Shown here piece after piece: positions 20,038 through 30,171 of a stretch of DNA of 64,000 nt. Position 1 is the stretch's first letter. Each line of letters opens with the position of its first letter. The position numbers and the translations under genes were made by a program. The notes under the pieces are model-generated. The model saw nothing but the letters and a program-made list of their open reading frames with translations, searched no databases and was not told where the DNA came from. Source of the DNA: an uncultured Planctomycetia bacterium. GTDB lineage: Bacteria; Omnitrophota; Gorgyraeia; Tantalellales; Tantalellaceae. The stretch covers positions 331,587 to 395,586 of the forward strand of contig CAZNEE010000001.1 of the NCBI GenBank assembly GCA_964572255.1, read 5' to 3'.

Positions 20038-20731
20038 CCGAAAACTGACCCACAGTTTGAATTCCGCGCTTGAGGGGATCATCCATACCCTTAAAGTTGA
20101 ACGCAATATGAGGATACATTTCCTTATAGGGTTTATAGTGCTTCTTGCGGGGGTCTATCTTAAGCTTACCAATGTGGAATTCATGCTTTTGTGTATCGCG
20201 GTATTTTTTGTCCTTATTTGTGAGATGTTCAACACGGCTGTTGAACATACGGTCGACCTCATTAATGATGAATTTCATCCGTTAGCCAAGATCATAAAGG
20301 ATATAGCGGCCGGAGCGGTATTTGTCGCGTCGGTTAATGCCATAATTACCGGATATGTTCTATTGGTGCAGCGGATAGGGCCGTGGTATAGGGGAGGGTT
20401 CGATGCTATAAGGCAGTCTCCTTATCACGTAACGGCTATAGCTCTTTTGGCGGTAGTTACTTTGGTGATTGCCATAAAAGCCGTAAGGAGGGAGAAACAA
20501 CTTCTGCGGGGCGGTATGCCCAGCGGGCATTCAGCGGTTGCCTTTGCCGTGTGGGTGATGGTATCGCTTATTACGAACAACGCGCTTGTAAGTATTCTTG
20601 TGTTTTGCCTTGCGCTTTTGATCGCGAGAAGCAGGGTTGCCGAGAACATACATACGGTCTGGGAGGTAATCAGCGGAAGCTTGCTCGGCGCATTGACGAC
20701 ACTTTTAATATTCCAGTTATTGACAAGATAG
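20003..20731 (+). CDS. DgkA-family lipid kinase fused to a PAP2 phosphatase domain
   Basis: N-terminal half is prokaryotic DgkA/undecaprenol-kinase-like (3 TM; EHTVDLINDEF); C-terminal half has PAP2 motifs PSGH and SRxxxxxH. Confidence 0.7.
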   Translation: MDFLKRSEKTYSRKLTHSLNSALEGIIHTLKVERNMRIHFLIGFIVLLAGVYLKLTNVEFMLLCIAVFFVLICEMFNTAVEHTVDLINDEFHPLAKIIKDIAAGAVFVASVNAIITGYVLLVQRIGPWYRGGFDAIRQSPYHVTAIALLAVVTLVIAIKAVRREKQLLRGGMPSGHSAVAFAVWVMVSLITNNALVSILVFCLALLIARSRVAENIHTVWEVISGSLLGALTTLLIFQLLTR

Positions 20732-20740
20732 GGGCCGGTT

Positions 20741-21400
20741 ATGATAGGAAGGATCCGAAAAAATTTACTCGTGGGTTTTGCTAACGGCATAGTTATACTC
20801 TTGCCGATCATTATAACGATAGCTATCGTCAGATATCTTGTTATAAAAGTGAACAACGCGGTACTTGAACCGCTTTTAAAGTTATTCGCACCGATGGCGA
20901 ATATCGGAATACACGTTTTTCTCGCTAAAAGTATAATTTTTATAGGAGTTATACTTATCGTTGCCTGTATAGGTTGGGGGGCAAAGATAATCGTGGTCAA
21001 TCGGACATTCTCGTTCGGCGAACAAATACTTATCAGGGTGCCGATAATGGGAAGAATATATAACGCCATCAAGCAGATCTCGCATGCGTTTATCGGACAG
21101 GGAAAAACCATATTCAAACAGGTTGTTCTGATCGAGTATCCGCGCCGGGGCGTTTATTCGATAGGTTTCACAACGGGGGTAACCAAGGGCGAGATAAAAT
21201 CGGCTATGGATAAATATGGTATAAACGTATTTGTTCCGACTACGCCCAACCCGACAAGCGGGATATTTTTGATCGTTCCCAGGGAAGATATACATTTTCT
21301 GAAGATGAGCGTTGAAGAAGGCATGAAAATGGTTGTCTCCGGCGGGTCGGTAACACCGCCGTTCATAGAAGAAAGCACGGAAGAGAACACGGCAACCTGA
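20741..21400 (+). CDS. DUF502-family membrane protein
   Basis: Two N-terminal TM helices and conserved PTTPNPTSG motif. Confidence 0.7.
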   Translation: MIGRIRKNLLVGFANGIVILLPIIITIAIVRYLVIKVNNAVLEPLLKLFAPMANIGIHVFLAKSIIFIGVILIVACIGWGAKIIVVNRTFSFGEQILIRVPIMGRIYNAIKQISHAFIGQGKTIFKQVVLIEYPRRGVYSIGFTTGVTKGEIKSAMDKYGINVFVPTTPNPTSGIFLIVPREDIHFLKMSVEEGMKMVVSGGSVTPPFIEESTEENTAT

Positions 21401-21423
21401 TGGACGGCATAAAGTAAGGGAAT

Positions 21424-22230
21424 ATGGCTGCGCTTAATGCGGAAGGAATAATATTACGGAAGCAGGAATTAAGGGAAACCAGTTTCATACTTGTTCTTTT
21501 TACGAAGGAATACGGCAAGGTACGAGGGGTCATAAAAGGAGTAAGGAATCCTTACCTCCAATTTGCCGGAGATATGGAGATCTTCACGCTTTCGCGGATC
21601 TCTTTTTACAAAAAAAGAAAAAGTACATTAGATCTTATTACGCAATGTGAAGCTATCGGTTCTTTTCCTAATATAAGGAAGGATATCGAAAGGTTGACAT
21701 GCGCCAGTTATTTTATAGAATTAATAGATAATGTAACGAGCGATTATGATGTGAACGAAGCTCTTTACAACGTGCTCTATGAAAGCCTTAGACTTTTGGA
21801 TACGGACTGCAGCGCGAAACGCGCGACCAGGATATTCGAGCTTAAGACCCTTGAAGCCATAGGGCTTGTCCCCCAGCTCAATGAATGTGTGAAATGTTCA
21901 TCGCCGGTTTCCGGAGACCGCCAGAAGCAGTATAAATTCGGCATTTCTTCGGGAGGGATCTTATGTGCCGATTGTCTCGAAGGGCAAGTGGGGGCAATTT
22001 CCATATCCAGAGGCGCGATCAATTTTATGAGCAAGATACTTCAAAGCCCTTTTGAAAAATTAGCTCAAATTAAAGTATCAAAAGAAGTAGGCGGCGAAAT
22101 AGAAGAAGTGCTTGAGGGATTCATACGGTTCCATATTACGAGGACCATCAAGTCGCTTAAGTTCCTCAAGGAGATAGAGAGCATAAAGGCAAAAAGCATA
22201 GGGAAGAAAAAGGTAAGGATGCATGGCTGA
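21424..22230 (+). CDS. recO: DNA repair protein RecO
   Basis: RecO-like OB N-terminus and Cys4 zinc finger (CVKCSS...CADC). Confidence 0.8.
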   Translation: MAALNAEGIILRKQELRETSFILVLFTKEYGKVRGVIKGVRNPYLQFAGDMEIFTLSRISFYKKRKSTLDLITQCEAIGSFPNIRKDIERLTCASYFIELIDNVTSDYDVNEALYNVLYESLRLLDTDCSAKRATRIFELKTLEAIGLVPQLNECVKCSSPVSGDRQKQYKFGISSGGILCADCLEGQVGAISISRGAINFMSKILQSPFEKLAQIKVSKEVGGEIEEVLEGFIRFHITRTIKSLKFLKEIESIKAKSIGKKKVRMHG

Positions 22231-23545
22231 AGACAGGAAAACAAATAACGTAGAGCTGAAAGATATCGCGAACCTTTGCAAAAGGCGAGGGTTCATATTC
22301 CAAAGCAGTGAGATCTACGGCGGTATAGGCAGTGTTTGGGATTACGGGCCGCTGGGCGTCGAACTGAAGAACAATGTAAAGGGACAGTGGTGGAAAAGCA
22401 TGGTCTATGACCGCAATGATATCGAAGGATTGGATGCCGCGATACTCATGAACCCCGAGGTCTGGAAAGCATCCGGCCATGTAACGTCTTTTGCGGATCT
22501 CTTGGTGGATTGCAAGGAGTGTAAAAAACGCTTTCGTGTGGATAAGATAAAAGGCAGATCATGTCCTGAATGCGGAGGGGAGCTTACCGAACCGAAAAGT
22601 TTTAACCTTATGTTCAAAACGCAGGTAGGTTCTGTTGAAGGAAGCGCCATAGATGTGTACATGAGGCCCGAGACCGCGCAAGGCATTTTCGTCAATTTTG
22701 AGAACGTGCTTAACTCATCGAGACGTAAACTTCCCTTTGGTATAGCGCAGATAGGTAAAGCTTTCCGCAACGAGATCACGACAGGCAATTTTACTTTCCG
22801 TAGCCGTGAGTTCGAACAGATGGAACTTGAGTTTTTCGTAAAACCCGATGAAGCTGACAAGTGGTACGAGTTCTGGGTGAACGAAAGATTGAACTGGTAC
22901 ACATCGCTCGGCATAAGAAAAGAAAACTTGAGGTTACGTGAACACGAAAAGGATGAACTTGCTCATTATGCCAAAAGATGCCACGATGTGGAGTTCTCCT
23001 TTCCGATGGGATGGTCTGAGCTTGAAGGTATAGCCAACAGGGGCGATTTCGATCTCAAACAGCATTCATCGCTGAGCGGCAGGGACCTTGTATATTTTGA
23101 TGACGCGCAGGAGAAAAGTTACATGCCATATGTTATCGAACCTTCAGGAGGCGTTGACAGAGCGGTACTTGCATTTTTAGTAGATGCGTACAGATCCGAA
23201 ACTGTCAGGGACCGCAAGAGAATTTATTTGTCCATAGATAATCGCCTTGCGCCGATAAAGGTCGCGGTGCTTCCGCTTCTTAAGAACCGGCCTGAGATAG
23301 TCGAAATGGCTCATAAGATAAGAGATGATCTTAAGGGAAATTACCGCGTAGTTTATGATGATACAGCCGCGATCGGCCGTTTATACCGCCGGCAGGATGA
23401 GATAGGTACGCCGTATTGTCTGACAGTGGATGTAGATTCTCTGTCCGATGGCAAGGTCACTATACGCGAACGCGACAGCATGGATCAGGATAGAGTGGAT
23501 GTATCCAAAGTTAAAGAAATATTAAGAGAAAGACTAGCATTATGA
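22223..23545 (+). CDS. glyQS: glycine--tRNA ligase (dimeric class II type)
   Basis: IFQSSEIYGGIGSVWDYGPLG N-terminus, class II motifs, anticodon-binding C-terminus. Confidence 0.9.
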   Translation: MAEDRKTNNVELKDIANLCKRRGFIFQSSEIYGGIGSVWDYGPLGVELKNNVKGQWWKSMVYDRNDIEGLDAAILMNPEVWKASGHVTSFADLLVDCKECKKRFRVDKIKGRSCPECGGELTEPKSFNLMFKTQVGSVEGSAIDVYMRPETAQGIFVNFENVLNSSRRKLPFGIAQIGKAFRNEITTGNFTFRSREFEQMELEFFVKPDEADKWYEFWVNERLNWYTSLGIRKENLRLREHEKDELAHYAKRCHDVEFSFPMGWSELEGIANRGDFDLKQHSSLSGRDLVYFDDAQEKSYMPYVIEPSGGVDRAVLAFLVDAYRSETVRDRKRIYLSIDNRLAPIKVAVLPLLKNRPEIVEMAHKIRDDLKGNYRVVYDDTAAIGRLYRRQDEIGTPYCLTVDVDSLSDGKVTIRERDSMDQDRVDVSKVKEILRERLAL

Positions 23546-23576
23546 AAATGAAACATAAAAGGAGGAAGGAAAAGAA

Positions 23577-26345
23577 ATGGCAAAGGTAAAAGCGAAAAAG
23601 TCAACTAAAGGGAAAAAGCTTAAGAAAAAATACGTATATTCCTTCGGCGGTGGAAAAGCCGACGGCAACGGCAGCATGAAGAATCTGCTCGGGGGCAAAG
23701 GTGCGAACCTTGCTGAAATGGCGGGTCATCCGAAGTTAAAGTTACCCGTTCCGCCGGGGTTCACACTTACAACTGAAATATGTACATATTATTACGACCA
23801 TGGAAGGAAGTATCCTCAAGGGTTGAAGGAAGAGGTTGAAAAGGCTTTAAAGAAAGTCGAGAACATAATGGGCAAAAAATTCGGCGATCCCAGGGATCCG
23901 CTTCTTGTCTCAGTCCGTTCGGGTGCAAGACAATCCATGCCCGGCATGATGGAAACAGTGCTTAACGTCGGACTTACGACAAAAACAATAGACGGGCTTA
24001 TAAAACAATCCGGTAATGAAAGGTTCGCTTACGATGCTTACAGGCGCCTGGTAACCATGTATTCCGATGTTGTTATGGAAAAAGCCGCCGGTATAGAGCC
24101 TAAAGAAGGAAAAGGCATACGTGTTCAGCTCGAGAAACTTCTCCATAAGAAAAAGAAAGAAAGAGGAGCTAAGCAGGATACCGATCTTAATGCGAAGGAC
24201 CTTAAGGATCTGTGCGAACAGTACAAGAAGAAAGTCAAAGAAGTGCTCGGTAAAAATTTTCCTGACAATGCCATGGAACAATTGTGGGGCGGTATAGGCG
24301 CGGTATTCCAGTCATGGAACGGCAAAAGGGCTGTTTCATATCGACGCATTGAAAATATCCCCGGGGAATGGGGAACCGCTGTAAATGTGCAGACAATGGT
24401 ATTTGGAAATATGGGCGAAAGTTCTTCTACCGGAGTTGCTTTTACGCGTAACCCGGGTAACGGCGATAACAAGTTCTACGGCGAATATCTTGTCAACGCT
24501 CAGGGGGAAGACGTTGTTGCGGGCATCAGGACACCTGCCCCTATAAATAAGAATTCGCAGAGTGATCACAATAAAGACCTTATTATGCTTAGCGATTATA
24601 TGCCGAAGGCATATAAACAGCTTGATACCATTCAGAAAAAATTGGAGAAACATTATCGTGACATGCAGGACCTTGAGTTTACCATTGAGAACGGCAGATT
24701 CTTTATCCTTCAGACACGCGTGGGTAAACGCAACGGTCCGGCCGCGGTAAAAATGGCAGTGGATATGGTGAAAGAAGGGCTCATCACGAAAAAAGAAGCC
24801 GTAATGAGAGTGAAACCCCAGCAGCTTGATGAACTTCTGCACCCCATTATTGACCCTGCCTCGGAAAAAACCACTAAACCCTTGACCAAAGGATTACCCG
24901 CGGGTCCGGGCGGAGCGAACGGCATGATCGTACTCGATGCTGACACTGCTGTTGAATGGACCAAAAAAGGCAAGAGGGTCATACTTGTCCGCGAAGAGAC
25001 CAATCCGGAAGATGTTGAGGGAATGAGAGCCGCACAGGCTATTCTTACCGCGCGCGGCGGCATGACTTCACACGCTGCGCTTGTCGCGCGCGGGTGGGGC
25101 AAGTGCTGTATAGTAGGAGCAGGCGACCTCGATATCAATTACGGGAAGAGAACGGTGAAAGCCGGGGATGCTTTGCTGAAAGAGGGGGACCATATCACCC
25201 TTAACGGTACCAAGGGATTGGTTTACAAAGGTGTATTGCCCATGATGGATGCTTCCAAGGAGAACGCTATCCTGAACAGTTACCTGAAGATATGTGATAG
25301 CGTAAGAAAGCTCGGAATACGCACCAATGCCGATACGCCGGAAGACGCCAGGAGGGCGCGCGATTTTGGAGCTGAAGGTATAGGACTGTTCCGTATCGAA
25401 CACATGTTTTACGGTGAAGGTTCCGAAGAGCCGCTTTTCAAGCTTCGCAAGATGATCCTTTCGGATACTCAAGAGGGAAGAAAAAAAGCTCTCAAGGAAT
25501 TGTATCCTTATATGAAGAAGGATATAAAAGGAACGCTTAAAGCCATGTCCCCGTATCCGGTTACGATACGGCTTATGGACCCGCCGTTACATGAATTCGT
25601 TCCTCACCAGAAAGAGCAGCTGAAACAACTGGCAAAAAGCCTCGGAAAAGATATGGAGAGTATAGAAAAACGGATATCGGTATTAAGGGAATCTAACCCC
25701 ATGATGGGACATCGGGGCGTAAGGCTTGGGGTTACATATCCTGAGATCACCGAAACGCAGGCAAGGGCGATCCTCGAATCAGCCGCCGAACTTATTAAAG
25801 AGAAGAAGGAAGTGTCTCCGGAGATCATGATACCGGTTGTCGGGGCTGAGACTGAAATAACCGATCAGAAGGCCATCATTGATCGTGTTTATAAAGAGGT
25901 CAAAGATAAGTATAAGCTTAAGAAACTGCCTCTCATGGTCGGCACGATGATCGAAATACCGCGCGCGGCGCTTACTGCGAATGAGATAGCCGAAGAAGCG
26001 GAATTCTTCTCGTTCGGGACTAACGATCTTACCCAGATGGGTTTTGGTTTTTCGCGTGATGACATGGGCGCGTTCCTTGTCCCGTATCTCGATAAACACA
26101 TCCTGCCCAGCGATCCTTTCCAGACGATCGATCAGGGCGGCATAGGACAGCTTATCAAGATCGGCATTGAAAGGGGAAGAAAGACCAGGCCTAAACTTAA
26201 AGTGGGTATTTGCGGCGAGCATGGCGGCGATCCTAAATCCATAGAATTCTGCTACAAGGCCGGCATGGATTACGTGAGCTGTTCACCGTTCCGCGTGCCG
26301 ATAGCGAGACTCGCGTCAGCACAGGCGGCTATTACAAATTGTTGA
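23577..26345 (+). CDS. ppdK: pyruvate, phosphate dikinase
   Basis: 922 aa; ATP-grasp N-terminus, phosphohistidine domain (GGMTSHAALVARGWG), PEP-utilising TIM barrel. Confidence 0.95.
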   Translation: MAKVKAKKSTKGKKLKKKYVYSFGGGKADGNGSMKNLLGGKGANLAEMAGHPKLKLPVPPGFTLTTEICTYYYDHGRKYPQGLKEEVEKALKKVENIMGKKFGDPRDPLLVSVRSGARQSMPGMMETVLNVGLTTKTIDGLIKQSGNERFAYDAYRRLVTMYSDVVMEKAAGIEPKEGKGIRVQLEKLLHKKKKERGAKQDTDLNAKDLKDLCEQYKKKVKEVLGKNFPDNAMEQLWGGIGAVFQSWNGKRAVSYRRIENIPGEWGTAVNVQTMVFGNMGESSSTGVAFTRNPGNGDNKFYGEYLVNAQGEDVVAGIRTPAPINKNSQSDHNKDLIMLSDYMPKAYKQLDTIQKKLEKHYRDMQDLEFTIENGRFFILQTRVGKRNGPAAVKMAVDMVKEGLITKKEAVMRVKPQQLDELLHPIIDPASEKTTKPLTKGLPAGPGGANGMIVLDADTAVEWTKKGKRVILVREETNPEDVEGMRAAQAILTARGGMTSHAALVARGWGKCCIVGAGDLDINYGKRTVKAGDALLKEGDHITLNGTKGLVYKGVLPMMDASKENAILNSYLKICDSVRKLGIRTNADTPEDARRARDFGAEGIGLFRIEHMFYGEGSEEPLFKLRKMILSDTQEGRKKALKELYPYMKKDIKGTLKAMSPYPVTIRLMDPPLHEFVPHQKEQLKQLAKSLGKDMESIEKRISVLRESNPMMGHRGVRLGVTYPEITETQARAILESAAELIKEKKEVSPEIMIPVVGAETEITDQKAIIDRVYKEVKDKYKLKKLPLMVGTMIEIPRAALTANEIAEEAEFFSFGTNDLTQMGFGFSRDDMGAFLVPYLDKHILPSDPFQTIDQGGIGQLIKIGIERGRKTRPKLKVGICGEHGGDPKSIEFCYKAGMDYVSCSPFRVPIARLASAQAAITNC

Positions 26346-26421
26346 CCCGTTTAAACTAAAGGGCTGTTCCGGGCCGGACAAGGACGGTCCGGAACAGAGA
26401 CTAAAAAAGGTAAAATAAATT

Positions 26422-27288
26422 ATGGATGCGATAAGATTATACTTGAAAGACATACGGAACCTTCCTCTTCTTACCCCTGAGTCCGAACGCGATCTTGCGC
26501 GCAAGATAAAAAAAGGCAACAAGAAAGCGCGTCAGCAGATGATCAAGGGCAATCTTCGTCTTGTCATTAATATCGCTAAAAAGTACAGTTATCTGGGCGT
26601 GCCCATGCTTGATCTTATAGAGGAAGGGAATCTGGGGCTCATGAAGGCTGTCAGCAAATACGATCCGGAAAAAGGATACCGTTTCAGCACTTACGCCGCG
26701 TGGTGGATCAAACAGTACATCACACGGGCTGTGGCTAACCAGAGCAAAACCGTCAGGATCCCTGTTTATGTCATGGAGATGCTGATGCGCTTCCAGAAGA
26801 TCAAGAAAGCCTTGATGCAGAAAAAAAAGAAAAATCCGCAGGTCGCTGAGATCGCCAAGAAAATGAAACTGCCTATTGCGCGCGTGAAACAGCTCGACAG
26901 GATGGAATCAAGCATAACCAGCCTCAATGCGCCTATAGGCGAATCCGGCGAATCCGAGTTTATGGACCTTATCGAGGATGAGAGCATTGTCAATGCCGTG
27001 GATGAACTCAGCAGTTTCCTCCTGCAGGAAAGGATCCAGAAACTTCTTTCCAAGATGACAGATCGCGAAAAAAGGATACTGGAACTCAGGTTCGGTCTGG
27101 GGGAGGACGGAATGACGCATACGTTGCGGGAAACAGCGACGCATTTCGGGATCACGCGCGAACGCGTGAGGCAGATCGAAGCGGCATGCATGCAGAAACT
27201 GCGCAAAATGATGGAAGAGCAGGAAAAAGAAGCCGAGGCGGCTTTCACCAAGAAAAAGAAAAAGAAAAAACAAGCGAAGAAACGCTGA
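26422..27288 (+). CDS. RNA polymerase sigma-70 family factor with lysine-rich C-terminal tail
   Basis: Regions 2-4 recognisable (RLVINIAKKY, YAAWWIKQYITRA, HTH in region 4); ends ...TKKKKKKKQAKKR. Confidence 0.85.
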   Translation: MDAIRLYLKDIRNLPLLTPESERDLARKIKKGNKKARQQMIKGNLRLVINIAKKYSYLGVPMLDLIEEGNLGLMKAVSKYDPEKGYRFSTYAAWWIKQYITRAVANQSKTVRIPVYVMEMLMRFQKIKKALMQKKKKNPQVAEIAKKMKLPIARVKQLDRMESSITSLNAPIGESGESEFMDLIEDESIVNAVDELSSFLLQERIQKLLSKMTDREKRILELRFGLGEDGMTHTLRETATHFGITRERVRQIEAACMQKLRKMMEEQEKEAEAAFTKKKKKKKQAKKR

Positions 27289-27340
27289 AAAAAAGCACAA
27301 GTCACACAGTACAAGTCACCGCGAAACTTTCAAAACCCAA

Positions 27341-27417
<77 letters not shown>

Positions 27418-27432
27418 CCTTTGATATGCAAG

Positions 27433-27461
27433 TTGCATTTTTATTGTTATATTGGTATACT
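27433..27461 (+). promoter_or_regulatory. sigma-70-like promoter TTGCAT-17-TATACT
   Basis: Precedes RBS AAAGGAGG and the ATG at 27488. Confidence 0.45.
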
Positions 27462-27487
27462 TTTTCAAGATTAAAGGAGGTAGGAAG

Positions 27488-27664
27488 ATGGGCAATTTAT
27501 TGATCCTTATAGGCATTTTGATCTCTATCTATTCAGTTATAGCGAGGCTGACGATCGGAAGGATCGTTGACTTGAGCATAGTGAAGATACAAACTTTGTC
27601 GGTTCTGGTTTCCGCCAATACTATCATACTTATCGGTATTGCGGTCAAATTATGGGGGATGTAA
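27488..27664 (+). CDS. small two-TM membrane protein, hypothetical
   Basis: Internal ATG after a strong RBS; 58 aa hydrophobic peptide upstream of the histidine kinase. Confidence 0.4.
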   Translation: MGNLLILIGILISIYSVIARLTIGRIVDLSIVKIQTLSVLVSANTIILIGIAVKLWGM

Positions 27665-27696
27665 CAGTTTCTTGCTCATAGGCGCGCGTCACTAAC

Positions 27697-28668
27697 ATGA
27701 GGAAAAGCATGAAGGAGAATGAAAGGATCGAGGACCTGGAGTTCAAGCACAGCAAGTTCAGGCTGGTGCTGCTGTTCCTTGTGATCCTGGTCATAATCTT
27801 GAGGATACTTGATATTGTTTTATATCCGGATGCCGAGATCATACCCACTGATATAATATTCGTCGTGGCGATACTTCAGCTTTTCGGTTTCTGGTATGAT
27901 TCCGTAAACGAAAAGAACCGCATCCTTTGGCTGCAGAAGAAGAAAGAAACGCTGGACGAGATGAAGAATAAGTTCACGATCATGACTTCTCACGAGCTCA
28001 TGACGCCTATAACCGTGATCAAGACGTATATAGGCATGATGACAAATAAGTTATTGGGGGATCTGACCGAAAAACAGCAGGAAGCTTTGGATGTAATGAA
28101 TAAATATTTTGCAAGGCTGGAGATGATACATGATAACCTTACAAAATTATATTCGGGCAATCCGCCTTCTTTCGAAGAGAACCTCAAGCCGTATTCCGCT
28201 GAAAAACTCATAAAGACCACAGCGGACGATATCATGCCGTTCATCAAAAGAAGGAACCAGAATCTTTCGGTTGAGATAGATCATAAGATCCCGGAAGTTG
28301 TAATGGACCCGAACGGCATCAGGCAGGTCATGGTGAACTTATTATTGAATTCCATAAGGTTCACCCCGGATAACGGCAATATCATAATAAGGGCAAAAGA
28401 TAATAAAAGTAATGTACGTGTTGAAGTTGAAGATAACGGTATAGGCATACCGAAAGATAAATTAACGCATATATTCGAAAGTTTTTATGAGGTTCAGGAT
28501 ACAGCTGAGGCGCATTCATCGGGCAGTATAGGATTCAAGTCGGGAGGAATAGGCTTAGGGCTTACGATCACCAAGAACATAATAGATTTTCATAAAGGCA
28601 ATATCTGGGCGGAATCGGAAGAGGGAAAATTTTCCCGGTTCATTTTTACATTACCGAAAGAAAGATAA
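27697..28668 (+). CDS. sensor histidine kinase (orphan, no adjacent response regulator)
   Basis: Two N-terminal TM helices, H-box MTSHELMTPI, HATPase_c N/G boxes. Confidence 0.85.
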   Translation: MRKSMKENERIEDLEFKHSKFRLVLLFLVILVIILRILDIVLYPDAEIIPTDIIFVVAILQLFGFWYDSVNEKNRILWLQKKKETLDEMKNKFTIMTSHELMTPITVIKTYIGMMTNKLLGDLTEKQQEALDVMNKYFARLEMIHDNLTKLYSGNPPSFEENLKPYSAEKLIKTTADDIMPFIKRRNQNLSVEIDHKIPEVVMDPNGIRQVMVNLLLNSIRFTPDNGNIIIRAKDNKSNVRVEVEDNGIGIPKDKLTHIFESFYEVQDTAEAHSSGSIGFKSGGIGLGLTITKNIIDFHKGNIWAESEEGKFSRFIFTLPKER

Positions 28669-28712
28669 AAGACCTCCGGCAGTTTCAGCGTGTAAAGAGG
28701 GAAATTCTAGAG

Positions 28713-29198
28713 ATGAGAACATTCGATCTGGGCGCATTTATATTGTGTGCGATCTATGGAGGTGTACTTGTTTTTTTGATCTCCTTCCTTTTTAATATAA
28801 AGAACATCTTCGGCAACAGCAAGGTCCTGAGATATCTGGCAGGTCATCCTGAATACAAAGATATAGAATTATTGGAAGGGATCATTGAGGTAAGGGACGA
28901 AAGAGTAGATTTTAAGGAACCAGAGGGAAGTAAGATCTATTTTTCGATCCCCATTGATCGGATAAAAGACGTATCTGCGGGCAGTGAAAACTCCGGCTAT
29001 CAGGAAAGTATTTTTAATAAGTTCTTTAATATTCTTTCGGAAGATCAACTTCTATGCATTAAACTCCGCCATGAAAATAGCGAGCATACATTACAGTTCT
29101 CAGCTCATAAAGCTTCTTCGGTAAATGATGACATAAAGAAGGAGATATTGGATGCAAAATCCCGGACAAATCAAAAGAATGCCAGTGCGAGAGCCTAA
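28713..29198 (+). CDS. hypothetical membrane-anchored protein
   Basis: One N-terminal TM helix and a soluble domain of about 120 aa; no recognised motif. Confidence 0.5.
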   Translation: MRTFDLGAFILCAIYGGVLVFLISFLFNIKNIFGNSKVLRYLAGHPEYKDIELLEGIIEVRDERVDFKEPEGSKIYFSIPIDRIKDVSAGSENSGYQESIFNKFFNILSEDQLLCIKLRHENSEHTLQFSAHKASSVNDDIKKEILDAKSRTNQKNASARA

Positions 29199-29209
29199 GG
29201 GGGGAGCAT

Positions 29210-29536
29210 ATGCCGGATGAAAGAAGCCAACCGTTAGATCCTGAAAATGTAAATCTTGCTTTTGACGAAAATCCCGAGATAAGGGACGGCGAAAGGCTGC
29301 CGATACAACCGCCTTTAAAAGTGCTTCGCTACAGGACCATAAAAAAGAGTACAGGGTTTGGATGGTGGTCTGTTGTAGCCCTGGTCGAGGACCACGGAGA
29401 TAAGCAGATCTGTTTCTATCGCTGGCGGAAAAAAGCCAAAGAGTGGAAAAGAGACAAAAAACTCGCTTTCAAAAGTTACACGGAATGGTCTACGTTCAAG
29501 GAAGCAATAGAGTATTTCCTGGAAGATATGGGTTAA
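29210..29536 (+). CDS. hypothetical protein (Trp/Lys-rich)
   Basis: 108 aa, no recognised motif; compact spacing to the previous gene suggests an operon. Confidence 0.5.
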   Translation: MPDERSQPLDPENVNLAFDENPEIRDGERLPIQPPLKVLRYRTIKKSTGFGWWSVVALVEDHGDKQICFYRWRKKAKEWKRDKKLAFKSYTEWSTFKEAIEYFLEDMG

Positions 29537-29543
29537 AAACTTT

Positions 29544-29765
29544 TCAGGGTACTATCCCGTATTTTTGCACTTCTATGGTCTTGAGGGTCTTATCCATTTC
29601 GGTGAAAAATACAAAATAGATAATTCCCAAAATAATAATTACTACGGCTATCAAAAGTATTGAGAATTCTATCATCGTCAATTCTCTGAAGAAGGATCCT
29701 TTTTTCTTATTATTTTCTTCCATTTTTCCTCTTAAAAAGTATAGCATACGCCCGCGTATATACAA
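29544..29765 (-). CDS. small membrane protein, hypothetical
   Basis: 73 aa with a single hydrophobic helix; convergent with upstream genes. Confidence 0.4.
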   Translation of the reverse strand: MYIRGRMLYFLRGKMEENNKKKGSFFRELTMIEFSILLIAVVIIILGIIYFVFFTEMDKTLKTIEVQKYGIVP

Positions 29766-29794
29766 AAAATATGTTATTTTCAGCTGTTATTTAC

Positions 29795-29823
29795 TTGACA
29801 AAACAGGGCAAAAATGTTAAAAT
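29795..29823 (+). promoter_or_regulatory. sigma-70-like promoter TTGACA-17-TAAAAT
   Basis: Canonical hexamers about 25 nt upstream of the 29848 start. Confidence 0.5.
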
Positions 29824-29847
29824 AATAAAAATCTAGGTTAGGGCAAA

Positions 29848-30171
29848 ATGAGAAAGATCACGATAGTCACCATAGTGTTTTTATTTCTATTAATGCTCAT
29901 CCCGCACTTGAAAGCGGATGATATGATCCCCAATGCCGGATTAATTTCCGATTTTACAAAGAGTGACCATCCCTCATGTATAACTGGTAATAAGCTTTGT
30001 TTTTCTAAAGAAAACGTCAAAGCCGAAATGGAGGAAGCCTCCCGGAATGAGGTCGATGACGAACTTTACAACCTGGCGGAGATCGTGTTCGAAAAGGCGA
30101 AAGGAGAAACTCTCACGCCTCTTGCGATGGACAAGGCCGAATTTGAAAATGAAGGCGATCTGTATCTTTAA
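29848..30171 (+). CDS. small secreted protein, hypothetical
   Basis: Signal peptide; 107 aa; acidic C-terminus. Confidence 0.5.
   Translation: MRKITIVTIVFLFLLMLIPHLKADDMIPNAGLISDFTKSDHPSCITGNKLCFSKENVKAEMEEASRNEVDDELYNLAEIVFEKAKGETLTPLAMDKAEFENEGDLYL

Noticed and set aside
26345-26421. Hairpin CTGTTCCGG...CCGGAACAG after ppdK as a terminator
   Set aside because: A good 9-bp stem, but it is not followed by a U-tract on either strand. Treated as uncertain and not annotated.
29544-29765. Possible type IV pilin-like leader (KKG-SFFRE...hydrophobic) in the 73-aa minus-strand ORF
   Set aside because: Only a loose resemblance to the G/FTLIE prepilin motif (Ser at +1, an extra Glu inside the hydrophobic stretch). 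No pilus assembly genes are nearby. It is kept as a generic small membrane protein.
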